Positions 20,623 to 30,636 of a stretch of DNA of 48,777 nucleotides are shown here, piece by piece. The number at the start of each line of letters is the position of its first letter. Positions within the stretch are counted from its first letter, which is position 1. The translations under genes were made by a program, and so were the position numbers. Source of the DNA: Candidatus Bathyarchaeia archaeon (lineage in GTDB: Archaea; Thermoproteota; Bathyarchaeia; Bathyarchaeales; Bathycorpusculaceae). Under the pieces are notes generated by a model. That model was given only the letters and a program-made list of their open reading frames with translations. It had not been told where the DNA came from and searched no databases. The stretch lies in contig JBMFMB010000012.1 in NCBI GenBank assembly GCA_049970895.1, positions 1-48,777 of the forward strand, written 5' to 3'.

Positions 20623-21123
20623 ATGCTTGGTATTTATGAGAATTTTCCAGTTAACGTGCAGAAGGTAATGCGTTTCGCTACGGCGGCTTCCAATAGGACA
20701 CTTCAAAAAGCCCTAGTTCAGTGTTTAGGAAAACTTAACAGCGAAAAACTGCGCCTAGAAGAGGTTACAAGCCCCTCAGCGCTCAATTGTTCGGTTGTCT
20801 TCGAGTTTGGGATAGCCGATGGCGACACATTTAACTATTTGGATACTGAGGAAACACAGAAAATTTTGGAAGAAATTCGCAAAACTTCACTACATATTAT
20901 GGACTTTTTCTGTGCCATACGATATTACAAAGAGCATGGCGAAAAGAAATCACCGTTAAAGTTTGACTATTACATGCTACGCCTAGTATTTGACACCGGT
21001 TTGATGGAAGTGCTCATTTTTCATGAAAGGGGGCCGAGACACGTATCGCCCGAAGATCTCATCAACCTAATTGTTGGAAGGGTTAATGGGCTCTTCTCAA
21101 GAAAAGTTTTGAAGGCTTTCTAA
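20623..21123 (+). CDS. Hypothetical protein
   Basis: Intact 166-aa ORF co-oriented with the upstream gene; no motif recognised. Confidence 0.7.
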   Translation: MLGIYENFPVNVQKVMRFATAASNRTLQKALVQCLGKLNSEKLRLEEVTSPSALNCSVVFEFGIADGDTFNYLDTEETQKILEEIRKTSLHIMDFFCAIRYYKEHGEKKSPLKFDYYMLRLVFDTGLMEVLIFHERGPRHVSPEDLINLIVGRVNGLFSRKVLKAF

Positions 21124-21719
21124 CCACCTTTTAAGCAATCCAGAACAATGGAAAATATTTCCTCGGCAACCTCACTTTTTGATTTGTTCCCATCCACTCT
21201 CACGAGTTCCCCATTCTCGACAAATTTCAAATAAACTTCTCGAACCTTACGCTGGGTTTCAAGGTTTTCCATGACAGATTTTTTAGGCTTCAATCTCTTT
21301 ATGACCGTATCTGGCTCGACGTCTATGAAAATCGCCAAGTTTGGTGACACTGCATGCTCATTTATCCTCCTAATCCAGTCTAGGTTAAGCCCAGCCGCCC
21401 CTTGATAAGCCAGAGAAGAATACATATAGCGGTCTGAAACCACCACTTTTCCATCCTTCAAAGCGGGGATTATCTCTGTTTCCACGTGCTCGTAGCGGTC
21501 AGCCGCAAAAAGCAAGGCTTCAACAATGCCGGAGACGCGTTTTTTGCCGTGTAGGCAGTACCTCTTTATGAACCTTCCAATTTTTCCACGGCTAGGTTCA
21601 GCCGTGTAAATTGCGTTGTAGCCAATTTTCTGCAGTCTCCTCACAAGGATTTTGGCTTGGGTTGTTTTTCCGCAGCCGTCCAAGCCTTCGACACATATAA
21701 AGAACCCCCGTTTTTCCAA
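21120..21719 (-). CDS. tmk: Thymidylate kinase
   Basis: EGLDGCGKTT, LLFAADR and SDRYMYSSLAYQG. Confidence 0.96.
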   Translation of the reverse strand: MEKRGFFICVEGLDGCGKTTQAKILVRRLQKIGYNAIYTAEPSRGKIGRFIKRYCLHGKKRVSGIVEALLFAADRYEHVETEIIPALKDGKVVVSDRYMYSSLAYQGAAGLNLDWIRRINEHAVSPNLAIFIDVEPDTVIKRLKPKKSVMENLETQRKVREVYLKFVENGELVRVDGNKSKSEVAEEIFSIVLDCLKGG

Positions 21720-21797
21720 TGTTAAGTCCTCCAGCCAGCATTAGACATTATAAGAAGAGCATGCATTAATAATTGTTAAGCCGCAACTAGTGGAGAA

Positions 21798-23084
21798 TTG
21801 GCGATGCCGAAAAGCTATTGGGGCGAAATAAAAGACCCTGTGCATGGATACGTCTACATAACAGAAGAGGAGAAGGAAATTATCGACTCCTATCCCGTTC
21901 AGAGGCTTCGTAGACTGAGGCAGCTGGCTGGTGCTGAATACGTTTATCCAGGAGCAAATCACACACGCTTTGAACATTCTGTGGGTGTCATGTACTTGGC
22001 TGGCAAGGTGGCCGAAAACCCAAACATTTCTCAAATTATTGGCGAAGAAGAGGTTGAAGCTGTACGAATTGCCGGCTTGCTCCACGATGTTGGGCATGGC
22101 CCCTTTTCCCATGTTTTTGAGCATTTGCTAACAAAGAAGCTTAATAAAACTCATGAGGACATAACGGTGTGGATAATAAAGCACAGCGAGTTAAAAGATG
22201 CTCTTGGCAGTTTTGGATATAAAGCCGAGGATATTGCTGAGCTTGCAGTTGGCTCCCTGTCAATACGAGGGAAAGCCTTCCTAAACCAGATAATTAGGAG
22301 CTCCATAGATGTTGACAAGTTGGATTTTGTTGTCCGGGACACCTATCACACCGGTGCTGAGTACGGTTTTGTGGACGTTTTCCGCCTAATCCACACCTTC
22401 GACGTTTTGGATGGAAATTTAGCCGTTGACATCGGAGCCCTCTCAACCCTTGAATCCTTCATAATAGCTAGAATAGAATCCTTCAAAAGCATATACTTCC
22501 ACAGAGTTGGAAGAGCAGCCCAAATAATGCTGGCAACAGCCCTTGAAAAGGCGGATGAAGAGCTAGGCTTATCAGCCTTTAAAACGCCAGAAGAGTATTT
22601 GGCTATGGACGACTACACGGTTTGGGCTATGCTCAAAAACTGTAAGAAATCCAGCCCAATAATAAAGAATCTTGAGAGGCGGAAAATGCTGAAATGCGCC
22701 TATGAGCAAACCTTTTACGTTAAGGATAAGACTGTTTCAAACATTTTCAGCGCTGAGGAATTCCGCAACCAAATAAGGAACAAGATTGCGAAAGACGCCA
22801 AAGTAGACCCAGAAGCCATAATAATCGATGTGCCAACAGTGCCCTCTGTTCCATACCACCATTCCATGTTCATGGAGCCTATGGAAATCCCAGTTTTCAG
22901 CAAAACCCGCGATGGAAGAAAAGAAGTTAAAAGGTTAAGCGAAATCTCAGGAATATTCGAAGTTTTAAAGGGTTTCATAAACATTTTAAGGGTTTACACA
23001 GACGAAAAAAATCGTGGAAAGGTTGCGGAAGCCGCCTCAAAAATTCTCGGCGAAATCCCATCATCAGCCAAAATATCCTATTGA
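21798..23084 (+). CDS. HD-domain phosphohydrolase (SAMHD1/dNTPase-like)
   Basis: IKDPVHG, QRLRRLRQL, HTRFEHS, LLHDVGHGPFSH and DVDKLD. Confidence 0.92.
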   Translation: MAMPKSYWGEIKDPVHGYVYITEEEKEIIDSYPVQRLRRLRQLAGAEYVYPGANHTRFEHSVGVMYLAGKVAENPNISQIIGEEEVEAVRIAGLLHDVGHGPFSHVFEHLLTKKLNKTHEDITVWIIKHSELKDALGSFGYKAEDIAELAVGSLSIRGKAFLNQIIRSSIDVDKLDFVVRDTYHTGAEYGFVDVFRLIHTFDVLDGNLAVDIGALSTLESFIIARIESFKSIYFHRVGRAAQIMLATALEKADEELGLSAFKTPEEYLAMDDYTVWAMLKNCKKSSPIIKNLERRKMLKCAYEQTFYVKDKTVSNIFSAEEFRNQIRNKIAKDAKVDPEAIIIDVPTVPSVPYHHSMFMEPMEIPVFSKTRDGRKEVKRLSEISGIFEVLKGFINILRVYTDEKNRGKVAEAASKILGEIPSSAKISY

Positions 23085-23094
23085 AGGCATCTAA

Positions 23095-23511
23095 ATGGCA
23101 AAATGCATAATTCTACACGGACGTGGAATAGTCGAAGGATACTGCAAAGCACAAGCACTTGTTTCCACAAAACCCATAAGCTTCCTCGGGGACGTCGACT
23201 CGGAAACTGGAATAATTATTGAAAAAAAGCATGACTTGTACGGCATATCCATAAAAGATAAGGTTCTATGCTTTCCCCACGGCCACGGCTCAACAGTCGG
23301 CAGCTACGTCCTATACTCTTTAGCTAAAAAGGGTTTGGCGCCAAAAGCCATAATCAACCACAAAGCAGACCCGGTCATAGTTGTCGGCGCGGTCATAGCC
23401 AACATCCCAATGATAGAAAAAATAGACATCAGCAAGATTGACACCGGTGACATGGTAGAAGTTGATGCCTACAAAGGAATAGTCAAAGTCTTGAAAACAG
23501 AGGAGGGTTGA
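23095..23511 (+). CDS. Aconitase X swiveling subunit (DUF126; probable phosphomevalonate dehydratase small subunit)
   Basis: ISFLGDVD and GHGSTVGSYV; overlaps the large subunit. Confidence 0.88.
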   Translation: MAKCIILHGRGIVEGYCKAQALVSTKPISFLGDVDSETGIIIEKKHDLYGISIKDKVLCFPHGHGSTVGSYVLYSLAKKGLAPKAIINHKADPVIVVGAVIANIPMIEKIDISKIDTGDMVEVDAYKGIVKVLKTEEG

Positions 23512-24692
23512 AGAGCACGTATTTAACAAAAGAGGAAGAGCACATTTACGACGGCGAATTTGGCTGGGCAAAGCAAGTTTGCATGAAAATACTCGTCAAA
23601 CTTGGTGAGCTTTTCGATGCTTCTAGGCTTATACCAATAGAATCCGCCCACGTTTCCGGCGTTTCCTATAAAACCCTCGGCGAGGCGCCCACCGACTTTC
23701 TGGAGGCTTTGGCGAACGCTGGCGAAAAAGTCAATGTTGAAGCCACCCTCAACCCTCAAAGTTTGGATCCAAAATACTTAGCAGTGCGGTTGCCGAAACA
23801 CCTTATTGAAATGCAACTAAAGCTATGCAAAATTTTTGAAAGACTCGGCTTCGAAGGTTCCTTCACATGCACCCCCTACTACATTAAAAAGCCAAGAAAA
23901 GGTGCCCACTTGGCATGGGCTGAATCCTCAGCCGTTGTTTACGCCAACTCTGTTTTGGGGGCTTGGACAAACCGTGAGGGTGGTCCAAGTGCTTTGGCAG
24001 CGGCAATTATTGGCAAAACACCAGACTGTGGAATACATAGAGCTGTGAACCGCAAGCCAAAAGTTATTGCCGAAGTTAGAAGTTCTTTGGAAAACGACGT
24101 TGATTATGGGGCATTGGGAATATTCTTAGGGAAAATTCTTGAGGACAAAATACCGCTTATCAAGGGCTTAAAAAACCCGTCGATGGAACACTTAAAACAG
24201 TTGGGCGCTGCGCTTGCCTCCGCTGGAATGGTGAACATGTTCCATTATAAGGACGAAGTTAAAACCGAGGAGAGACTTGAAAAAATAGTTGTTGAACCCA
24301 AAGACATTAAAGAAACCGTTGGGGAACTCACAACAGTCCCTACACAAAAACCAGATTTGGTGTTTGTTGGCTGTCCCCACTGCTCCCTTCATGAAATTAA
24401 AGAAATTGCGAACACCATTGGTAACCGAAAAGTTAGAGATAAAATTGAATTTTGGATATGCACCTCCCGCCTAGTAAAAGAAAAGGCAAAAGCTTATGTG
24501 CATAAAATTGAGGCAAGTGGCGCAAAAATCCTCACAGACACATGCGCCGTGGTCACATGGACAGACAAGCTTGGGATAAAAACGATAATGACAAACTCGG
24601 CCAAAACGGCCCACTACGCGCCAACCCTTAACAAGGTGGAAACCATCTTGGCGCCGCTTAGAGAATGCTTAAAAACAGCCCTAAAAGAATAA
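23508..24692 (+). CDS. Aconitase X catalytic subunit (DUF521; probable phosphomevalonate dehydratase large subunit)
   Basis: HVSGVSY, TCTPY, WAESSA, TNREGG, GCPH and DTC (Fe-S cysteines). Confidence 0.9.
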   Translation: MKSTYLTKEEEHIYDGEFGWAKQVCMKILVKLGELFDASRLIPIESAHVSGVSYKTLGEAPTDFLEALANAGEKVNVEATLNPQSLDPKYLAVRLPKHLIEMQLKLCKIFERLGFEGSFTCTPYYIKKPRKGAHLAWAESSAVVYANSVLGAWTNREGGPSALAAAIIGKTPDCGIHRAVNRKPKVIAEVRSSLENDVDYGALGIFLGKILEDKIPLIKGLKNPSMEHLKQLGAALASAGMVNMFHYKDEVKTEERLEKIVVEPKDIKETVGELTTVPTQKPDLVFVGCPHCSLHEIKEIANTIGNRKVRDKIEFWICTSRLVKEKAKAYVHKIEASGAKILTDTCAVVTWTDKLGIKTIMTNSAKTAHYAPTLNKVETILAPLRECLKTALKE

Positions 24693-24750
24693 GGTTTAAA
24701 CGAAACCCGAAAATATTTGCATGATGCCAACAAGCAAGAGAGGCTTAAGT

Positions 24751-24825
24751 GCTCCGGTAGTATAGCCCGGTCAAGTATTCCGGCCTTTCGAGCCGGAGAC
24801 GCGGGTTCAAATCCCGCCCGGAGCA
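24751..24825 (+). tRNA. tRNA-Glu (anticodon TTC)
   Basis: Acceptor GCTCCGG/CCGGAGC; anticodon arm CCGGC-CTTTCGA-GCCGG; T-loop TTCAAAT; no encoded CCA. Confidence 0.97.
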
Positions 24826-24950
24826 TTTAATTTTAAGTTCGTTTTGGGCTTATTTCAACTAAAAAAGACTATTTAGTTATTTTAAAAGCGGGCGTAAATT
24901 AGAAACGAATTTACTGGCAAAAAACCATTTACTTTGAGTTTCGATATCAG

Positions 24951-25210
24951 TTAAGTTTGTCGGTAGACACGTTTGCGATGACCCACAACCAATAAAAATA
25001 CTTCATTTTTCTTAACTTGATAAAGAACTCTGTAATCACCTACTTTTAAAAGTAAACGCCTTTCCATTCACCGCGTAAGGGCTTTCCTACGTAAGGGTTA
25101 GTCTTTAATATGTCGATCTCTCGGAGTATTCGCACTTGAACATCTCTATCTAAAGCTTTAATGTTCTTTAAGAAACGAGGCGTAAAACGAATTTCAAATT
25201 TCGCCTTCAA
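24951..25210 (-). pseudogene. relE: RelE/ParE-family toxin with a 1-nt frameshift near 25048
   Basis: MKAKFEIRFTPRFLK...NPYVGKPLRG, then in a shifted frame LKVGDYRVLY...VGHRKRVY. Confidence 0.85.
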
Positions 25211-25394
25211 GGCTTAACTCTCTTATAAGCTCATCAAGCGGTCTAGCCTTGCCTTCTTCAACCTCTCGCAAAGCAATCTTCAAATCTTTAACAAGTTTCT
25301 TATCCTGTATAACCTCAAGGGTTTCCAATAGTTCATCCATTAAACTGGCAGCCTTTGTTAGTAATTCTTTCTCCTCCTCTGTTAAGAGAACCAT
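25194..25394 (-). CDS. Antitoxin partner of RelE
   Basis: Acidic 66 aa (LLETLEV...EVEEGKARPL) overlapping the toxin start. Confidence 0.75.
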   Translation of the reverse strand: MVLLTEEEKELLTKAASLMDELLETLEVIQDKKLVKDLKIALREVEEGKARPLDELIRELSLEGEI

Positions 25395-25619
25395 TTACCT
25401 TCTACAACTATACTGTCGACGATATAAGGAGAGCTATCAAAACCTATGAGAAAACAAGAGAATTAGCGAATAATAAGGAGATTATATATGAATGCTCAAA
25501 AGCCATAATGCTTCTTTCGGCGGACATTAAAGAACCTAGGGATTCAATAAAAAGTTATCGAGAAATTTGTGAATCACTATATAAAATCAAGGCTCAGATC
25601 ATACATTAAAGCAAAGCTT

Positions 25620-26040
25620 AGCTCGGTCAATCCAACGAACTGGTTTAAAGAGTTAGTGCGCGCGAGCACTTGGTTCATTGGTTTTCTGCCAATAGGCGCG
25701 ATACTGTTTCTGTTGGTTCCCTTTCTTCTATACAAGATTTATTCACTAGAGATAAAGCAGGCACCTGACGCACCAACCTGGGGTTCGGAACAGTTGAAAA
25801 CCATGGGCAAAATAAGTAAGAAGGAAATAACCCTGTGTGGTTTGGTTGTACTAGCACTTGCGTTATGGATAAAAGGCACAGATTTCATTGACGCAACTGC
25901 TACTACTGCAGTGTTAGCAGTAAGTCTTACGGTGGTGTTTCGAGTTGTCAGCTGGGATGATATAATTGGGTATAAACAAGCATGGAATGTTTTGGTATGG
26001 TTCGCCACACCTGTAACAATGGCCGATGGACTCGCTATCG
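25620..26040 (+). pseudogene. Internal fragment of a DASS/CitT-like anion permease
   Basis: EIKQAP...MGKISKKE...LALWI...VVSWDDII..KQAWNVLVWFA..VTMADGL; both termini are missing. Confidence 0.75.
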
Positions 26041-26290
26041 CGCGCGAGACTGAAAAGGCGGCATCAACTCCACAAATACACGAGGGCAAAATACCTAAGA
26101 AAGTTCGCCAACGACACTATGACAAGCGAGAAGCTGAACATTCCAGAAATTGTTGCAGACTTCATCCAAGGCAGGGTTCCAAAAAGCATAGGGGTTAAAC
26201 ATTATATGCAATTGAAGCGGAAGGCTGACCAGTTCTATCCAAGATATGCTGAACACGTTACAGAGTTGAGGCGGAAGGCTGGAATAATAA
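26040..26290 (+). pseudogene. C-terminal remnant of an archaeal (SSV-type) tyrosine integrase
   Basis: KYLRKFA...IPEIVADFIQGRVPKSIGVKHY matches the KxxR...GR...HY catalytic end. Confidence 0.75.
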
Positions 26291-26607
26291 CAGCCCAACT
26301 TTCCCCCTTTTCTTTTAGCTTTTTGTTGCTTATTTTAACATATGCCTATGCATGCATTGGCATACTCTTAAACTGTATTTGAGTTTTTGTATTGGTGGAG
26401 GTGGTTGTTTGCCTCATCAATATTGTTTCATTATTGATTAATGTTGGGTTAGTTTATTTTGCCCAGGCTACCTTATCCGAATTGTTTGCAATAACTCCAT
26501 CAACAGACAGAAAGAAAGGAATGAGAGGATCAAATGGCTCACATCGGAAAAGCGTGAACGATACAAAAAGCTGATTACTTAGCTTGGAGCAGGATATGTT
26601 GGGGACT

Positions 26608-27069
26608 TTAGGTACTTTTTCGCTTTTCTGTTTCTAACTCTTTTACGCGTGTGTGAATAAATTCTGCGACTTTTTCTTGGCTGTAGCGCTTTTCCTCTTC
26701 ATACTTTTTGAGTTGTTCACGTATTGTTGCCAGAACCTTTTCCATGTCGAAGGGTTTCAGTATGTAGGCGTCTGCACCGCGGTTTACGGCTTCTATGGCG
26801 TTCTGCAGTGTTGGATAACCCGTTATGATTATTTTCCGCATTTTCGGAACAGTGTCCTTCATCCTTGTTAGGAGCTCTATGCCCTCCATGTCCGGCAAAC
26901 GGATGTCTATTAAGGCTAGGTTGTAAACATACCTCCTAGACTTCTCTACGGCTTTCTTTGCATTTCCAGCCTCGTCAACAATGTAGCCCTCTTCCTCCAA
27001 TATTGTTTTTAACACTTTCCTTATGTTTTCATCGTCGTCAACAATGAGGATTCGGGCGTTTCCATCCAA
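26608..27069 (-). CDS. Response regulator (stand-alone receiver with helical tail)
   Basis: ILIVDDD, LIDIRLP, ITG and KPF; GGAGGTGA RBS. Confidence 0.93.
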   Translation of the reverse strand: MDGNARILIVDDDENIRKVLKTILEEEGYIVDEAGNAKKAVEKSRRYVYNLALIDIRLPDMEGIELLTRMKDTVPKMRKIIITGYPTLQNAIEAVNRGADAYILKPFDMEKVLATIREQLKKYEEEKRYSQEKVAEFIHTRVKELETEKRKST

Positions 27070-29651
27070 ACTTTTTCACCTCCCTCCAATTTTTTCGGGG
27101 TTGTTGGAAGGGTAACTGTGACTGTGGTGCCCTTTCCAAGTTTGCTTTTTATACTGATTTTTCCGCCATGTGCTTCAACTAAACGCTTACAAATGGATAA
27201 GCCGAACCCCATGCCCTTCGATTTTGTAGTGAAGAGGGGCTGGAAAAGCTTCTTCAATGTTTCTTCTGACATGCCAACGCCGGTATCGCTTACAACTATT
27301 TCGGCAAATTCGCCAATTTTCCTGCTCTTCAATGTTAGTGTTCCACCTTTCGGCATAGCTTCAAGAGCGTTCTTTATTATGTTAACTAGAGCTCTTTTGA
27401 TCTTTTCAGCGTCTACGGTTATTTTGGGGGTTTTCTCAGTTAGGTCAACAATTGTCACGTTTTTTGGAATGTTCAATACGGATAATGCATCCTTCACCAG
27501 GGCTTTTGGATTGGTTTCCGACGGTGTAAGCTCAATCTCTCTCGAATATTCGAGGAGGTCGTTTATAATGTTGTTTGCGTGGGCTATGTCCCTTTCTAAA
27601 AGCTCCATCATTTCAAGGCATTTTTTATCCATTTTCGGCGCAAGCCTCTTTTTTAGGTAGTATATCGCTCCAGCCATGCTTGCCAGTGGATTTCGAAGGT
27701 CATGTCCAACCATTCCTGCAAGTTCGCCTATAACCGCAAGCCTCTGAGCCCTTAGAAGCTTCTCCTGCGATTCTTTAAGCTCCCTGGTTCTTTCCTCCAC
27801 TTTCCTTTCAAGTTGCTTGGCGTAGTCTTCGAGTTTTTCGAGGAGCTGAGCATTTTCGATTGTTAATGCGGCTTGATGGAGGAATATCTCCATAGGGGAC
27901 AGGGAATCCCTTGTGGGCCTACGTCCATCAACTGGGTCATCTACGCTTATGATGCCAACGATCCTACCTTCTGGTGTTCGTAGTGGGGCATAAAGCATGT
28001 CCTGAGGGTGCCAGTCAACCATTTCTTCAAGCTTAAGCCTGCTTGGAACACCCGCATAAGTTGTCACCTCATCCGGCGGCGCATTTGGAGAAACACCGTG
28101 AACGTATTCGCGAATCCAAGGGTCGCTCCATGGAAGATAGTAAAACTCGCCTATCCTATACCTTTCAAATTTAGGTCCCAAACGTTCCCTCCAAACGTGG
28201 CCTGGAGCCTTCCTTTCCTCTAAAAGCCTCACTTCATCTTCTGTTAAGCCGACTGTGATAAGCTCTTTTGCCTCGAGGTTTTCGTCTCTGAGGGAGATTA
28301 CAACCCTTCGCCATCCGAAATCCTGGATTGCCTTAGCTATGATCAGTAGTCTTTCGCGCATGCTTTTAGCGTGCATTATTTTCGCCGAAGATTCCATCAG
28401 AAGGTTCTGCCTCTTCAACAGCGACATTAACCTTTCAAGTTTCCTAAGGTTGGATATGGTTGCTGCAACGTGAGAGGCTAAAACTTCCAAAAGCTTTAAG
28501 TCCCTCTCATTGAAAGCGTTCAACCTTTCACTTTCAACATTAAGGACCCCTAAAACTTCATCCGCCATTTTAATTGGAACGGCAAGCTCCGAAAGCATGC
28601 CAGGCCTGCCTTCAATGTAGGCTTTCTCCCTTCTAACATCTGGAACAATGATGGGCTTGCCAAGCCTCGCAGCCTTCGCTGTTACACCCTTCTCTCCGTG
28701 TATTGGAAGAACAAGCTTAAGCTGTTCCGGATATTTGCGGTGGGCGACAAGGCGAATGTTTTTGCCCTCAACCATAAATATTGAGGCGTATTCATAGCCA
28801 AGTATCTTCTCCATAGCGTCAAGTGTCAGCTGGTAAACCTCATCAACGCTTTCAGCTCTATTCAGCTCGCGTCCATAAAGAGCCAGAAGGGATATTTTCT
28901 CCTCGAAGCTTCTACGCTCACCAATGTCCCTTAATATAAGATGGGCTCCAACAACTTTTCCATTCTCTCTGATGGGGGCCACCCTATACTCCACAAGCCC
29001 TAGGCCTCTCTTAGTGGAGACTTCAACCTCTCCCTGCACAATTTTGCCTTGTAAAACTTCCAATCTATGCTTCAAAACCGTTGGCCAATACTTCTTTGGG
29101 ATAAACTCAAGCATGTTCCTTCCGACAAGCTCATCTTCCCCGTAGCCGCTTGCCTCCAAAGCAGCCCTGTTAACCGCCAGGACACGCCCATTTCTGTCAA
29201 GGATTAACATGGCGTCGGATGCAAACTCGAAAAGTTCACGGTACCTCTTTTCGGAAAACCTAAGCTTCTCCTCGACCTCCCTGAATTTGCTTAAATCCGT
29301 TACGAGGAGAACCGCACCGGCAAACTTGCCATCCTCAAAAACTGGAACACCCGTAACCTTGAGATAGGATTTCTTTCCATAAAGTGAAGTGTAGGGAGTT
29401 TCCACGTCAAATGTTTTCCCCGCTAAAAGGTTGTTAAGCTTCTCAACAAGCCCAGCTTTCTTGACGGGCTCCAAATCTCTAATGTCAACTCCCATGGCTT
29501 TTGACTCTTCACCTGCTGGAACCCCGAGGATTTCCCGCATTTTCGGGTTTTCATAGATGATGCGGAAACCTTCATCAACTGCAAGGATTCCCGAAGGGCA
29601 AAAATGCAAAATCTCCCTATAACCGAACATTATCCATAACACCTTTAACAT
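27021..29651 (-). CDS. Cytoplasmic PAS-PAS-GAF-GAF histidine kinase
   Basis: H-box GHDLRNPL; NIIKNA, DTGVG, FTTK and GMGFGL boxes; two PAS-like and two GAF-like segments; no TM. Confidence 0.93.
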   Translation of the reverse strand: MLKVLWIMFGYREILHFCPSGILAVDEGFRIIYENPKMREILGVPAGEESKAMGVDIRDLEPVKKAGLVEKLNNLLAGKTFDVETPYTSLYGKKSYLKVTGVPVFEDGKFAGAVLLVTDLSKFREVEEKLRFSEKRYRELFEFASDAMLILDRNGRVLAVNRAALEASGYGEDELVGRNMLEFIPKKYWPTVLKHRLEVLQGKIVQGEVEVSTKRGLGLVEYRVAPIRENGKVVGAHLILRDIGERRSFEEKISLLALYGRELNRAESVDEVYQLTLDAMEKILGYEYASIFMVEGKNIRLVAHRKYPEQLKLVLPIHGEKGVTAKAARLGKPIIVPDVRREKAYIEGRPGMLSELAVPIKMADEVLGVLNVESERLNAFNERDLKLLEVLASHVAATISNLRKLERLMSLLKRQNLLMESSAKIMHAKSMRERLLIIAKAIQDFGWRRVVISLRDENLEAKELITVGLTEDEVRLLEERKAPGHVWRERLGPKFERYRIGEFYYLPWSDPWIREYVHGVSPNAPPDEVTTYAGVPSRLKLEEMVDWHPQDMLYAPLRTPEGRIVGIISVDDPVDGRRPTRDSLSPMEIFLHQAALTIENAQLLEKLEDYAKQLERKVEERTRELKESQEKLLRAQRLAVIGELAGMVGHDLRNPLASMAGAIYYLKKRLAPKMDKKCLEMMELLERDIAHANNIINDLLEYSREIELTPSETNPKALVKDALSVLNIPKNVTIVDLTEKTPKITVDAEKIKRALVNIIKNALEAMPKGGTLTLKSRKIGEFAEIVVSDTGVGMSEETLKKLFQPLFTTKSKGMGFGLSICKRLVEAHGGKISIKSKLGKGTTVTVTLPTTPKKLEGGEKVWMETPESSLLTTMKT

Positions 29652-30057
29652 TCACTTTAATGCGAACGGTTGTTTTAGTGCGCTTCCGTCCACCTGATTC
29701 CCTAACCTTAAAGGGTTTTCTCCCCTTTTTAGCCCGCCTTTCAGCCTGACGTATAATATATGAGAAATCGATTTTCCCCTTCAAATCAAATTCCAATCCA
29801 AGGTTGGAGTAAAGCTCAAAGGCTATTGCCCTAAAAAGAAGCTCAGCTCCAACGCCGAAAATCCGCCTTAAAACCTCTTCAAAAAGTTCCGGTTTTTCAT
29901 GCCACTCACCCCTCCTCAAGCCGAAGGACTTCTCAACGTGATAGTACACAGCCCGCCTTCCAGAATCCCCGAGGAGAAGCATAGCCTTATCAGCCGCCAA
30001 GCTAAAAGCCTTCCTAAAAGAGGGGTCACTGAAAAGCTGGTGGACGCTGTCCTCCAT
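29617..30057 (-). CDS. Small helical DUF3227/NitrOD5-like protein (paralog 1)
   Basis: LGDSGRRAVYYHVEKSF...LRRIFGVGA aligns with 47686-48066 and 48165-48482; family name tentative. Confidence 0.7.
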   Translation of the reverse strand: MEDSVHQLFSDPSFRKAFSLAADKAMLLLGDSGRRAVYYHVEKSFGLRRGEWHEKPELFEEVLRRIFGVGAELLFRAIAFELYSNLGLEFDLKGKIDFSYIIRQAERRAKKGRKPFKVRESGGRKRTKTTVRIKVNVKGVMDNVRL

Positions 30058-30177
30058 GCAAACCACCATGTTAAAACAGATTTCAGACAACCCTACACAC
30101 CTAAAAGAATTATGAACCAAAAATATTGATCCACCTTCCAATAAACGCGTCCCCCAAGCGAAGAAAACCTGTATCGT

Positions 30178-30520
30178 TCAAGAGACTTCGAATGTGACAA
30201 CCATAAGGTTGTATACCGATGTTCCTGGGACAAAAACCTCCAAATAAGCATAAACGAGAGACCCCATCGGCCGTCGCCGAAACCGTCACGGCGATGTAAA
30301 CTGTGCTTAAGCCGTTTAGGCCATACCAGTTTACAAACATTTGCTTGTATGTTCCATTGTATATGGTGATTTGGCGGGAGACTCCGCTACCATTATGAAA
30401 GAAGATTGTGCAATTGAATAAGCGTCCAATACTCGTTTGGTCATAGGCTCTAAGTCTTATTTTCCAAGCATCAGTAACCATATTGGACACGGCAAGGACA
30501 ATAGTCCCATCACTCCGCTT
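30178..30520 (-). pseudogene. C-terminal fragment of a beta-rich, probably secreted protein
   Basis: AWKIRLRAYDQ...NCT...NGS...NGT sequons; a shifted frame ends VYAYLEVFVPGTSVYNLMVVTFEVS*. Confidence 0.45.
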
Positions 30521-30636
30521 ATGATAGTTTCTTAAGGTCCATTTCTATAAACTGTTGAGTCACGAAGGAATAATCTTTCATAGATGAGAGCATCAAATGT
30601 TTATAATGCTACGCTAACTTAGTGAGTTCATGAAAT

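Noticed and set aside
24614-24826. 70-aa minus-strand ORF MLRAGFEPASP
   Set aside because: Antisense translation of tRNA-Glu.
25569-26382. 209-aa and 118-aa ORFs as intact genes
   Set aside because: They are fused fragments of a DASS transporter and an integrase, with non-homologous ends.
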